Assembly: GCA_046290225.1 (NCBI GenBank) | Contig: JBKAGE010000070.1 | Span: 32,001-96,000, forward strand | Reading direction: 5' to 3' | Origin: Bradymonadia bacterium | GTDB lineage: Bacteria; Myxococcota_A; Bradymonadia; UBA7976; UBA1532 | DNA length: 64,000 nt | Shown: positions 32,284 through 40,613 of the stretch, in pieces | Position numbering within the stretch: position 1 is the first letter of the stretch | How the letters are laid out: each line of letters starts with the position of its first letter | Notes under the pieces: generated by a model | Databases searched by the model: none | The model's input: only the letters and a program-made list of their open reading frames with translations | What the model was told of the DNA's origin: nothing | Position numbers and translations under genes: made by a program

Positions 32284-33903
32284 TCACTTGTCCATGGTGC
32301 GCCACTGCACACCAGCAGGCCAAGGGACGACCGACTCGATCTTCACCGCCTCGACCGCCTCTCCCCACACAGTGACCACGACCGCTCTGCGTTGATCCAC
32401 CCTGAGCAGCGCAGCAGGACGCTGGCCAAGCCTCAACGTCGCCACTGCGCTCAACGGGATCTGTCTCCCACCTGCTACGGGCAGCATCAGCGTGCGCATG
32501 GCGTCGATGTCGTCGAGCGCCTTGCCCATGTTCAGCCACAGGCTGCCTTGCCTGGTGCTTGGTCGACCCGAGTGCAGGCGGTGGCGTCCCGTGGACCACC
32601 TGATCGTACGGGCGACCTCAGCCGCGCTGACCCCCAGACGCGCGGCGGCTTCCCGATCGAGGTCGATGTCGATCTGCACGTCGTGTGCCTCGGCGCCTTC
32701 GAGCTCCACCAGGGTGAGCGCGCTCTGGCTCCATGCCCACTTACGCAGCGCGGCAAATGATTCTTCGGCGATGCGCCCCTCGGCACCGATCAGCAACCAT
32801 CGTCGATATGGTAGCAGCGACCCATGAGGCTTGATCGTCACCTCGGGCATCTGGCGAGCGGCCTCGACCAGCGGTTTCATGGCGCTGAGCGCGTCGCCAG
32901 GCGTCGTCGCCCACACCCGCACAGTCTGCCCTGTGGCGTGCATCAAGCACCCTGAGCAACGTCTTACAAGCTTCTGGCCGAGATCCCACCCTGACATCGC
33001 CTTCGACTCCACGGTGATCCCTGGCGCCCCCTCGGGCGCGTGGACAAATCGCACCTTCAGATCTGGTGGGAACGACGCGAGCAGGTCAGCGGGCAATGGT
33101 AGATCTGGGGCGGGATGCCGACTCGACTGAGGCACACACAGCGCCTCCACCCCCTCGAAACCACACCGACACCCTTCTGGGTCGAAGCTCTGCTCGATGG
33201 TGGCGAGATCGCTCACCCGCACCACAGACCCATTGGGCAGAGCGATTGTAAGCGCCCCGATGCTGGGTGCAGATCCAGATCCTGATAGAGCCGAGCCATT
33301 GCGCTCGATGTGCTCGACGAGCTGTCGGACAGTGAGGCCAAAGGCGGCGAGCCGACGAGCGTCGGGGCGCAGTTCGATCTGCGGCTCCGGAGTGCAGGCG
33401 ACGGCGGTGCCATACCCGCGGGTGCGCAGCGTGTCCAGCACACCTCGACGGCGCACATCGTCCCCTCCGGAGATGACGAGCCAGCCCCGTGGCGGGTGCT
33501 CGTCCACTCGAAAGATGACGGGGATCTCTACAGCCTCTGGCAACCTCGACGAGGCCTGGCGTACAGCGACGCGCAGCCTCGACATGGCCTCCTGGGTGGA
33601 GATCTCGTGCCCGAACCGCACGGTGATCTGCGCTCTGTCGGCTCGGCTCGTACTGGAGAGCTGCTCGACGCTGGTGATGGCGCTCACCGCCTCTTCGAGG
33701 GGCGCCGTGACGAGCTGCTCCACCTCTTCTGGTGCAAAGCCCGGCGCAGCGACAGAGATGCTGTATTGCAGCGCCTCTGTGGGCTTGAACACACGCTCGA
33801 ACCAGCCCACCTGCCCATGGGCAGGGCCACTGATACTGATGAGCAGCGGGATCAAAAGGCAGCATGAGATCAGCTGCCGCCACACGACTGCACTCGAAGG
33901 CAT
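32284..33903 (-). CDS. AcrB/RND-like protein comprising only periplasmic subdomains
   Basis: PGFAPEEVEQLVTAPLEEAV...SSTS...ITVRF (PN1), DARRLAAFGLT, LDREAAARLGVS, QIPLSAVA...RVDQRR; one N-terminal hydrophobic segment only. Confidence 0.7.
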   Translation of the reverse strand: MPSSAVVWRQLISCCLLIPLLISISGPAHGQVGWFERVFKPTEALQYSISVAAPGFAPEEVEQLVTAPLEEAVSAITSVEQLSSTSRADRAQITVRFGHEISTQEAMSRLRVAVRQASSRLPEAVEIPVIFRVDEHPPRGWLVISGGDDVRRRGVLDTLRTRGYGTAVACTPEPQIELRPDARRLAAFGLTVRQLVEHIERNGSALSGSGSAPSIGALTIALPNGSVVRVSDLATIEQSFDPEGCRCGFEGVEALCVPQSSRHPAPDLPLPADLLASFPPDLKVRFVHAPEGAPGITVESKAMSGWDLGQKLVRRCSGCLMHATGQTVRVWATTPGDALSAMKPLVEAARQMPEVTIKPHGSLLPYRRWLLIGAEGRIAEESFAALRKWAWSQSALTLVELEGAEAHDVQIDIDLDREAAARLGVSAAEVARTIRWSTGRHRLHSGRPSTRQGSLWLNMGKALDDIDAMRTLMLPVAGGRQIPLSAVATLRLGQRPAALLRVDQRRAVVVTVWGEAVEAVKIESVVPWPAGVQWRTMDK

Positions 33904-33968
33904 GCACGTCTCCTGGAGAACGACCGCGTGACATCGCGCCACAGAGTACGCTGGGGTACAACCGCTCT

Positions 33969-35195
33969 ATGCACGACGCACCTCATCCCCAACCTCTCTC
34001 CGGCATCAAAGTGCTCGAACTCGGGCAGCTCGTCGCTGGCCCGATGGCCGGCACCTGGCTCGCCTGGCTCGGCGCCGACGTCATCAAGGTCGAGCCCCCA
34101 GGGGGCGATCCGATCCGTACATGGCGTGGTGTAGAAGATGGGGTGAGCCTCTGGTGGCGCACTCTCGGGCGAAACAAACGCTGCATCAGCCTCGACCTGC
34201 GCAGCGACGAAGGCCGCGCGATCGTGCGCCGCCTCGTTGCCGAGGTGGATGTGCTCGTGGAGAACTTCCGCCCGGGCACCCTCGAGCGTTGGGGCCTCGA
34301 CCCAGAGCAACTGCGCCGTGAACATCCACAGCTGGTGGTGGCGCGGGTGAGCGGCTTCGGCCAGAGCGGGCCGTATGCTCGGCGGCCGGGCTACGCCAGC
34401 GTCTGCGAGGCCATGGGAGGCTTGCGACACCTCACCGGACACCCCGGCGAGCCCCCTGTGCGCACCAACCTGAGTCTCGGCGACAGCCTCGCGGCGTTAC
34501 ACACAGCTCTGGGCATCATGACGGCCCTCTACCACCGGGACGCCCGGCACGGTGGTGGTCAAATCGTCGACTCCGCCATCGCCGAGGCGGTCATGACCAT
34601 GACCGAGTCGTTGATCCCCGAGCAGGATCGCCTCGGGCACACGCGAGGGCCCTCGGGGAGCACGATCACCGGGGTGGTGCCCAGCAACGCCTACCCCTGT
34701 GCCGACGGCAAGTGGCTGGTGATCGGGGCCAACGGCGAGAGCTTGTTCAAGCGCCTCTGTGGCGTCATCGAGCGGCCTGATCTCGCCACTGAGGCCTATG
34801 CCTCGAACACCCAACGGGTGGCGGCTCGGGATCTCATCGATGGTGCCATCGGTCAGTGGACTTCGGCCCGTACTCAAGCAGAGGCCATGGTGGCCCTCGC
34901 CGAGGCCGAGGTGCCCTTCGGACCCATCTACTCGTCGGCGGACATCGTCGCGGACCCCCACTATCAAGCCCGGCAGATCTTCGAATCGGTGCAGGTGAAC
35001 GGGCGGCCTCTGAAGCTGAGCCCTCTGGGCCCGAAACTCTCGGCGACCCCAGGGCGAACCCACTGGGCGGGGCCCACCGCCGTGGGGGCCCACACCGACG
35101 AGGTCCTCGGTGAGCTGCTGGGGCTTCCACTGGCCGAGCTGGAGGCCCTCGCCGAAGCCGGTGTCATCGTCCGCGGCGCCCCGGAGAGCCCCTGA
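33969..35195 (+). CDS. CaiB/BaiF family III CoA-transferase
   Basis: PLSGIKVLELGQLVAGP, LGADVIKVEPPGGD, RNKRCISLDL, DVLVENFRPG, SGFGQSGPY. Confidence 0.93.
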   Translation: MHDAPHPQPLSGIKVLELGQLVAGPMAGTWLAWLGADVIKVEPPGGDPIRTWRGVEDGVSLWWRTLGRNKRCISLDLRSDEGRAIVRRLVAEVDVLVENFRPGTLERWGLDPEQLRREHPQLVVARVSGFGQSGPYARRPGYASVCEAMGGLRHLTGHPGEPPVRTNLSLGDSLAALHTALGIMTALYHRDARHGGGQIVDSAIAEAVMTMTESLIPEQDRLGHTRGPSGSTITGVVPSNAYPCADGKWLVIGANGESLFKRLCGVIERPDLATEAYASNTQRVAARDLIDGAIGQWTSARTQAEAMVALAEAEVPFGPIYSSADIVADPHYQARQIFESVQVNGRPLKLSPLGPKLSATPGRTHWAGPTAVGAHTDEVLGELLGLPLAELEALAEAGVIVRGAPESP

Positions 35196-35283
35196 CCAAC
35201 GATCTGGTCTGGTGGTGCACTTACACTCAAGTACATGGCGCTGCGCGCCGAACGTACAAGTTGATCCAGAAGGTCTTGCCCCC

Positions 35284-36450
35284 ATGCGCTACTGCACCCG
35301 CTGCATTCTGCCCGAGACACGCCCCGGCATCACGCTCGACGCCGAAGGGGTCTGTACGGCTTGCCGAGGGCACGACGACAAGGTGCGTCACATCGACTGG
35401 TCAGGCCGGGCAGATGCCCTGAAGGCGATTGTGGATCGAGCGAAGTCCCGATCCACGGGGTACGACTGTGTGGTGCCGGTGAGCGGCGGCAAGGACAGCT
35501 GGTATCAGGTGATCCAGTGCCAGCGTCTGGGCCTCAACCCTCTGGCGGTGACCTGGCGCACGCCCGGCCGCACCACCTTGGGCCAGCGGAACCTCGACGG
35601 GCTGATCCGTCACCTCGGTGTGGATCACATCGACTACACCCTCAACCCCGACGTCGAGCGCCGCTTCATGAAGAAGGCCTTCGAACGCGTCGGGGCCGTG
35701 GGGCTGCCCATGCACATGGCCCTCTTCGCCATCCCGCTGAAGATGGCCGTGCAGATGCGGATCCCTCTGGTGGTTTGGGGTGAGAACCCCCAGCTCGAGT
35801 ATGGCGGCGAGGAGGCAGAGCGCCAGGCCACCCGCCTCGATCAAGCCTGGCTCGCCCGCCACGGCTGCCTGATGGGCACCACGGTGGAGGATTGGATCGA
35901 CGAAGAGGCCACAGGTGACGACCGGCTCACCGCCCGGGAGCTCACCGCGTGGCGGGTGCCCACCTTCGAGGGGGCTCAGGCGGACTTCGTGCCCGAATCG
36001 ATCTTCCTCGGGGCCTTCATGCCTTGGGACAGCTTCGAGAACGTCAAGGCCGCCCAGGCCCACGGCTTCGAGTACGCCGAGTCCGATCGGCGCATGGGCA
36101 CGTGGAGCTTCGCGGACATCGACTGTGAGTTCATGTCGCTGCACCACTACCTGAAGTGGTTCAAGTTCGGCTTCACCCGGGCCTTCGACAACCTCTCGGT
36201 CCAGATCAGGCAGGGGCAGCTGACCCGTGACGAGGCCATCGAGCGCCTCTCGGCCCTGGGGCCTCAGCACCCCCACGCCGACATCGAGGCCTTCTGCGCC
36301 TTCGTCGGCGAGCCCGTGGAATGGTTTTATCGGGTCTGCGAGCGTTTTCGTGACCCCAAAGTCTGGCAACAGCGCGTTTTTCATACCTCTTCGGGGCCCA
36401 CTCAGCGGTGGGAGATCCCGGACTTTATCGTGGAGCCATGGTCATGGTGA
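35284..36450 (+). CDS. N-acetyl sugar amidotransferase (WbuX/PseA-like PP-loop ATPase)
   Basis: YCTRCILPETRP...GVCTAC Zn motif, YDCVVPVSGGKDS PP-loop, WGEN...EYGG, HHYLKWFKFGFTRA. Confidence 0.88.
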   Translation: MRYCTRCILPETRPGITLDAEGVCTACRGHDDKVRHIDWSGRADALKAIVDRAKSRSTGYDCVVPVSGGKDSWYQVIQCQRLGLNPLAVTWRTPGRTTLGQRNLDGLIRHLGVDHIDYTLNPDVERRFMKKAFERVGAVGLPMHMALFAIPLKMAVQMRIPLVVWGENPQLEYGGEEAERQATRLDQAWLARHGCLMGTTVEDWIDEEATGDDRLTARELTAWRVPTFEGAQADFVPESIFLGAFMPWDSFENVKAAQAHGFEYAESDRRMGTWSFADIDCEFMSLHHYLKWFKFGFTRAFDNLSVQIRQGQLTRDEAIERLSALGPQHPHADIEAFCAFVGEPVEWFYRVCERFRDPKVWQQRVFHTSSGPTQRWEIPDFIVEPWSW

Positions 36451-37346
36451 TCACTCGCCTCGTCCCCAAAGGGCAGTCCCTGCCGACCCGTGATCCGGAG
36501 GCCGCTCCGCTGGCCTGTGGCATGTGCACTGGCCGCGGTTTCAGCCAGCTCGCCCGCTTCACGGCACCCCCTCAGGGCGAGACGCGGTTCGGCTTCGCCG
36601 ATTATGCCCGCACACTCTGGCGCTGTGACTGCTGTGGCCACGTGGTGAACCGCCACGGCCTCGATCTCGAGGCGCTCTATGTAGGGCAGTACCGCGACGC
36701 CACGTATGGCGATCGCCTCAAGAGCATCTACGACCGCATCATGGCGCTGCCGGAGGGTCGGTCGGACAACCGCGGCCGCGTACGCCGCATCGAAGCCTGG
36801 TGCCAGAGCCAGTCCCTCCCCTGCCCTGGTCGGCTGCTCGACGTCGGCGCCGGTTTGGGGGTTTTCCCGGCGGCGATGGCCGAGCGTGGCTGGCAGGTGG
36901 TGGCCCTCGATCCTGATCCGGTGGCCTGTGATCATCTGCGAGACGTGGTGGAGGTAGAGACCTGGTGCGGATCTTTCGATCCCCGGGACAACTTCACCGC
37001 GCCGAAAGCCCAGCGCTTCGATCTGATCACCTTCAACAAGGTGCTTGAGCACATCGTGCCCATGGTGGAGACCCTCGCCCGGGCCCACCGCTTCCTGGCC
37101 CCTGGGGGTCAGGTCTACGTCGAGCTCCCCGACGGTGAGGGCGCCCTGGCAGACGCCGGCCCGGACCGCGAGGAGTTCTTCGTCGAGCACCACTGTGCGT
37201 TCAGTTTGCCCTCTTTCTCGCTCCTGGCCCGCAGGGCGGGTTACCGTATCGAGATGTTGGAACGCGTGCGCGAGCCCAGCGGCAAGTTCACCTTGCGCGG
37301 CTTCCTCAGCCCCGACATCACCCCAGATCTCCTCAACGACGCTTGA
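36444..37346 (+). CDS. Class I SAM-dependent methyltransferase with N-terminal Zn-ribbon
   Basis: CGMC...CDCC, LLDVGAGLG, FDLITFNKVLEH, YVELPD. Confidence 0.85.
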   Translation: MVITRLVPKGQSLPTRDPEAAPLACGMCTGRGFSQLARFTAPPQGETRFGFADYARTLWRCDCCGHVVNRHGLDLEALYVGQYRDATYGDRLKSIYDRIMALPEGRSDNRGRVRRIEAWCQSQSLPCPGRLLDVGAGLGVFPAAMAERGWQVVALDPDPVACDHLRDVVEVETWCGSFDPRDNFTAPKAQRFDLITFNKVLEHIVPMVETLARAHRFLAPGGQVYVELPDGEGALADAGPDREEFFVEHHCAFSLPSFSLLARRAGYRIEMLERVREPSGKFTLRGFLSPDITPDLLNDA

Positions 37347-37361
37347 TTTCAGAGGTTGACC

Positions 37362-38108
37362 ATGAGTGACACCACCACATTTGGCCCCTGGCGCGCCCAG
37401 GTAGAGCCCTTCGAGGCTGACTTCTTCGGCGGCCCGGTGTGGCGCCTCTCCCTCGAAGAGGCCGACGCCTCGGAAGAGGCCATCAAGCAAGGCATCGAAG
37501 AGGCGACGAAGGCCGCCCGAGCCGGCGGCGTACGGCTGATGGTCTCCCGAGTGCCCACCTCTGGTGCCGAGGCCACCGCAGCCCTCGCCTCTGCAGGCTT
37601 CAACGCCATCGAGACCCTCGTCACCTTCAAGCGCAGCCTCGAGGGCATCGAGGCCACCATGCCCGAGCGCGTGCGGCCCATCGCCGAAGGCGACGACCGC
37701 CCGCTGGTCCAGCTCGGCCGCGCGGCCTTCAACTACGACCGCTACCACGCAGATCCCATGATCATGGATCCCATCGCCGACGCGATTAAGGGGGCCTGGG
37801 TGGAGAACGGCATCAACGGCCGCGCCGACGTCACGCTCGTGGCCGAGCACGAGGGCCGCCCGGTGGGCTTCAACCTCTGCATGCTCCGAGGCGACACGGC
37901 CATCATCGACCTCATCGCGGTAGAGCGCCGCTGCCAGGGTCAGGGCCTGGGCACTGATCTGGTGAAGGGCGCCCTGGCCTGGTTCTCCGACAAGGCCACC
38001 ACGCTCTGTGTGGGCACCCAGACGAACAACGCCCCCTCGGTGAAGATGTACACCACCTGCGGCTTCGAGGTGGCTTCAGAGGTCAAGACCTTCCACTGGC
38101 ACCCTTGA
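37362..38108 (+). CDS. GNAT acetyltransferase, WecD (dTDP-fucosamine acetyltransferase)-like
   Basis: DRYHADP, WVENG, IDLIAV...QGQGLG, VGTQTNNAPSVKMYTTCGF. Confidence 0.8.
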   Translation: MSDTTTFGPWRAQVEPFEADFFGGPVWRLSLEEADASEEAIKQGIEEATKAARAGGVRLMVSRVPTSGAEATAALASAGFNAIETLVTFKRSLEGIEATMPERVRPIAEGDDRPLVQLGRAAFNYDRYHADPMIMDPIADAIKGAWVENGINGRADVTLVAEHEGRPVGFNLCMLRGDTAIIDLIAVERRCQGQGLGTDLVKGALAWFSDKATTLCVGTQTNNAPSVKMYTTCGFEVASEVKTFHWHP

Positions 38109-39124
38109 GTCGCCCCCTCAAAGCCGGGGTCATCGGCCTCGGCATCGGCGAGCGCCACATCGTCGGTTATCAGAGCATCCCCAATGTCGAAGTGAAGGCG
38201 GTCTGCGACATCAACCCGGCGCAGCTCGCCGAGGTGGCCGATCGCCGTGACATTCGGGATCGATACACCGACTGGCGGCCCCTGGTGGCGGACCCTGAGA
38301 TCGACGTGGTGAGCATCTGCAGCTACGACGACGCCCATGCCGAGCAGGTGGTCGGTGCCTTCCAGAACGGGAAGCATGTCTTCGTCGAGAAGCCGCTTGC
38401 TCTGCACCCGCGTGAATCAGAGGCCATCCTCGAAGCGTGGCAGGAGAGCGGCTCCACCCTGCAGATGTCGAGCAACCTGATCTTGAGGCGCAGCCCCCGC
38501 TTCATCGATCTCAAGGCCCGACTTCAGGCCGGTGCGTTCGGCCGGATAACCTACGTAGAGGGTGATTACCTGCATCAGATCCTGCACAAGATCACCGAGG
38601 GCTGGCGGGGCAAGATGCCCTTCTACTGTGTCACCTATGGCGGTGGGATCCACCTCATCGATCTGATGCGCTGGCTCATCGACGACGAGATCGTCGAGGT
38701 GTCGAGCATGGGCACCACGGTCCTGGCCCCGGAGAGCACGTACCGTTACCCCGACTTGATCGTGAGCCTGTTGCGCTTCGCCGGCGGCGCCCTGGGTAAG
38801 TCAGTGACGCACTTCGCCCCCACCCGGACGAAGTTCCACGCCCTGCGCCTCTATGGCACCGAGCGCACCTTCATCAACGATCTCCCCCACGGGCAGGAGT
38901 TCACGGGGGATGATCCCGAGCACGACGTGCACCAGAACACGGTGCCCTACCCGGCGATGGAGAAAGGGGATCTGCTCCCGGACTTCGTCGAAGCGCTGCA
39001 ACACGGCCGACCCCCTCTGGTGACGATGTCAGATGTCTTCCGGGTGATGGATGTCTGTTTTGCCTGCTGGTCGGCGACAGAGTCTGGCCGCACGACCCCC
39101 GTGCGCTATCTACTGCCTCCCTGA
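38105..39124 (+). CDS. Gfo/Idh/MocA-family oxidoreductase
   Basis: GVIGLGIG, DPEIDVVSICS, GKHVFVEKPLA, GGIHLIDL; TTGA overlap with the upstream gene. Confidence 0.9.
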   Translation: MSRPLKAGVIGLGIGERHIVGYQSIPNVEVKAVCDINPAQLAEVADRRDIRDRYTDWRPLVADPEIDVVSICSYDDAHAEQVVGAFQNGKHVFVEKPLALHPRESEAILEAWQESGSTLQMSSNLILRRSPRFIDLKARLQAGAFGRITYVEGDYLHQILHKITEGWRGKMPFYCVTYGGGIHLIDLMRWLIDDEIVEVSSMGTTVLAPESTYRYPDLIVSLLRFAGGALGKSVTHFAPTRTKFHALRLYGTERTFINDLPHGQEFTGDDPEHDVHQNTVPYPAMEKGDLLPDFVEALQHGRPPLVTMSDVFRVMDVCFACWSATESGRTTPVRYLLPP

Positions 39125-39298
39125 CGCCGAGCCCGAGTGATGCACGGCGCGACTCATCTCTTCGAGTGGTGATTGGGTGGTTGAAATGGTGCGCGAGTTC
39201 CGCTAAAAACGCCCGGTTCCAAATCCCGAGCATGCTATCTCGGGTCAGTTTCGACGTATCATGATCCCCAGCGCCTCAGCTGGGGCGGGAGCAGTCAG

Positions 39299-39532
39299 AT
39301 GAAGTCCGGCATCCACCCCGAGTACAACCCCGTCGTTTTCGTGGATGGGGAGCATGAGCTCATCTCCAAGTCCACGGCGAAGTCCAACGAGGTCCGCAAC
39401 ATCGACGGTGTCGATCACTTCGTGATCCGCGTCGACATCAGCGCCTTCACCCACCCCTTCTTCACGGGTCAGCAGCGCATCGTCGACACCCAAGGTCGCG
39501 TGGAGCGCTTCCGCAAGCGCTACAAGCGCTAA
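39299..39532 (+). CDS. rpmE2: 50S ribosomal protein L31 type B (Zn-free)
   Basis: MKSGIHPEYNPVVFVD...VDISAFTHPFFTGQQRIVDTQGRVERFRKRY; no Cys ligands. Confidence 0.95.
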   Translation: MKSGIHPEYNPVVFVDGEHELISKSTAKSNEVRNIDGVDHFVIRVDISAFTHPFFTGQQRIVDTQGRVERFRKRYKR

Positions 39533-39922
39533 ACAGCTCCGGTGCTGCGGCGGCGTCAGCCGCCGTGACGCCGGCGATCTCCCGCCCAGCTGCGACCTTT
39601 CCGTCCTCGACGCAGCGCTGGCAAAAGCCTTCGCTGCGCCTGCGGGTGAAAGCCCACATCTGGGCGAGACCTCACCGACCTCACGACGACTGCCACCACC
39701 TCCGCACCTCCGCGGGGCACGTGCATACCCTCGTTACAGCTTTGAGGGGGTCGCTGTAGTATGCGTTGGTCGCCTTGGAGATCTCGTGTTTGAGGGCTCG
39801 TCGACTCTGATTATGAGTGCTTCTGCAGCGCTTGTTGCCGCCCCGGGTTTTGGGGAACCTGCTGGGTGGGAGATGACTTTTTCTGTGTAGGTTGAACCTT
39901 TCCTGAGGCATTGGAGGGCTGT

Positions 39923-40309
39923 ATGGATGCCGCTACTCTTCGATACTTCCACGAGAAGCTGACCGCTCTGAAAGACGAATTGCTGGATCTGGGCAGCGTC
40001 GCTGCGCCGACCACCGTTCAGGGAGACGGCAAGCGCGACGATGACGCTCAACCCCTGAACGAGATGCACCAGTCCATCGCATCTACGCGGAACAAGAATC
40101 GGGCAGAGCTGCTCGAAAAGGTGGAGGAGGCCCTGGAGCTCATCGCCGATGCGCCGGACGAGTACGGGCTCTGCGAGGAGTGCGAGACAGAGATCCCCCA
40201 TGGACGCCTCGAGCTGATGCCCTACGCCACCTCGTGCGTCCGCTGCCAGAGCAAGCGCGAGAGTCCCCGTGGTCGCGGGCGCCGTCACCTGACGGACTAC
40301 AAACGCTGA
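39923..40309 (+). CDS. TraR/DksA C4-type zinc-finger protein
   Basis: YGLCEECETEIPHGRLELMPYATSCVRCQ; coiled-coil N-region; GGAGG RBS. Confidence 0.9.
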   Translation: MDAATLRYFHEKLTALKDELLDLGSVAAPTTVQGDGKRDDDAQPLNEMHQSIASTRNKNRAELLEKVEEALELIADAPDEYGLCEECETEIPHGRLELMPYATSCVRCQSKRESPRGRGRRHLTDYKR

Positions 40310-40342
40310 AGCCCACCAGCAGTATCAAAACTCTCTCAAAAA

Positions 40343-40471
40343 GCTACAGCACAGGCTGCCGGAGGCAGACTCGGCGTCCGCTACAGCTTTCGCCGAAGGC
40401 GAGGCGTCCGCTACAGACGGCGCGCAGCGCGGTCGTCCGCTACAGGCGGTGCGCAAGCACGGCCGTCCGCT
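40343..40471. repeat. Mini tandem array: CGTCCGCTACAG units separated by variable hairpins
   Basis: CGTCCGCTACAG at 40375, 40405, 40434; partial copies at 40343 and 40464; period about 29-30 bp. Confidence 0.85.
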
Positions 40472-40564
40472 CGCCTGTGACCTGACAAGCACATCAGCCA
40501 CCCCATGGGACGTCGAGGTCTCACGAGTCCGCGCCCTTCTCCATCCATTTCTGCCATGCCCGCC

Positions 40565-40581
40565 TTGGCCCCGCTTTTGCT
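40565..40581 (+). promoter_or_regulatory. Candidate sigma-54 promoter
   Basis: TTGGCCCCGCTTTTGCT has GG-N10-GC spacing with TTGC at -12; located about 33 nt before ATG 40614, with a GGAGGG RBS between. Confidence 0.5.
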
Positions 40582-40613
40582 GAAATGCAGTGCACACCAT
40601 GGAGGGAAACCAT

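Noticed and set aside
39130..39298. Zur box upstream of the Zn-free L31
   Set aside because: No AT-rich palindrome resembling a Zur operator is visible
40343..40471. CRISPR array interpretation of the mini-array
   Set aside because: Repeat only 12 bp, spacers about 17-25 bp and self-complementary, no cas genes in the window
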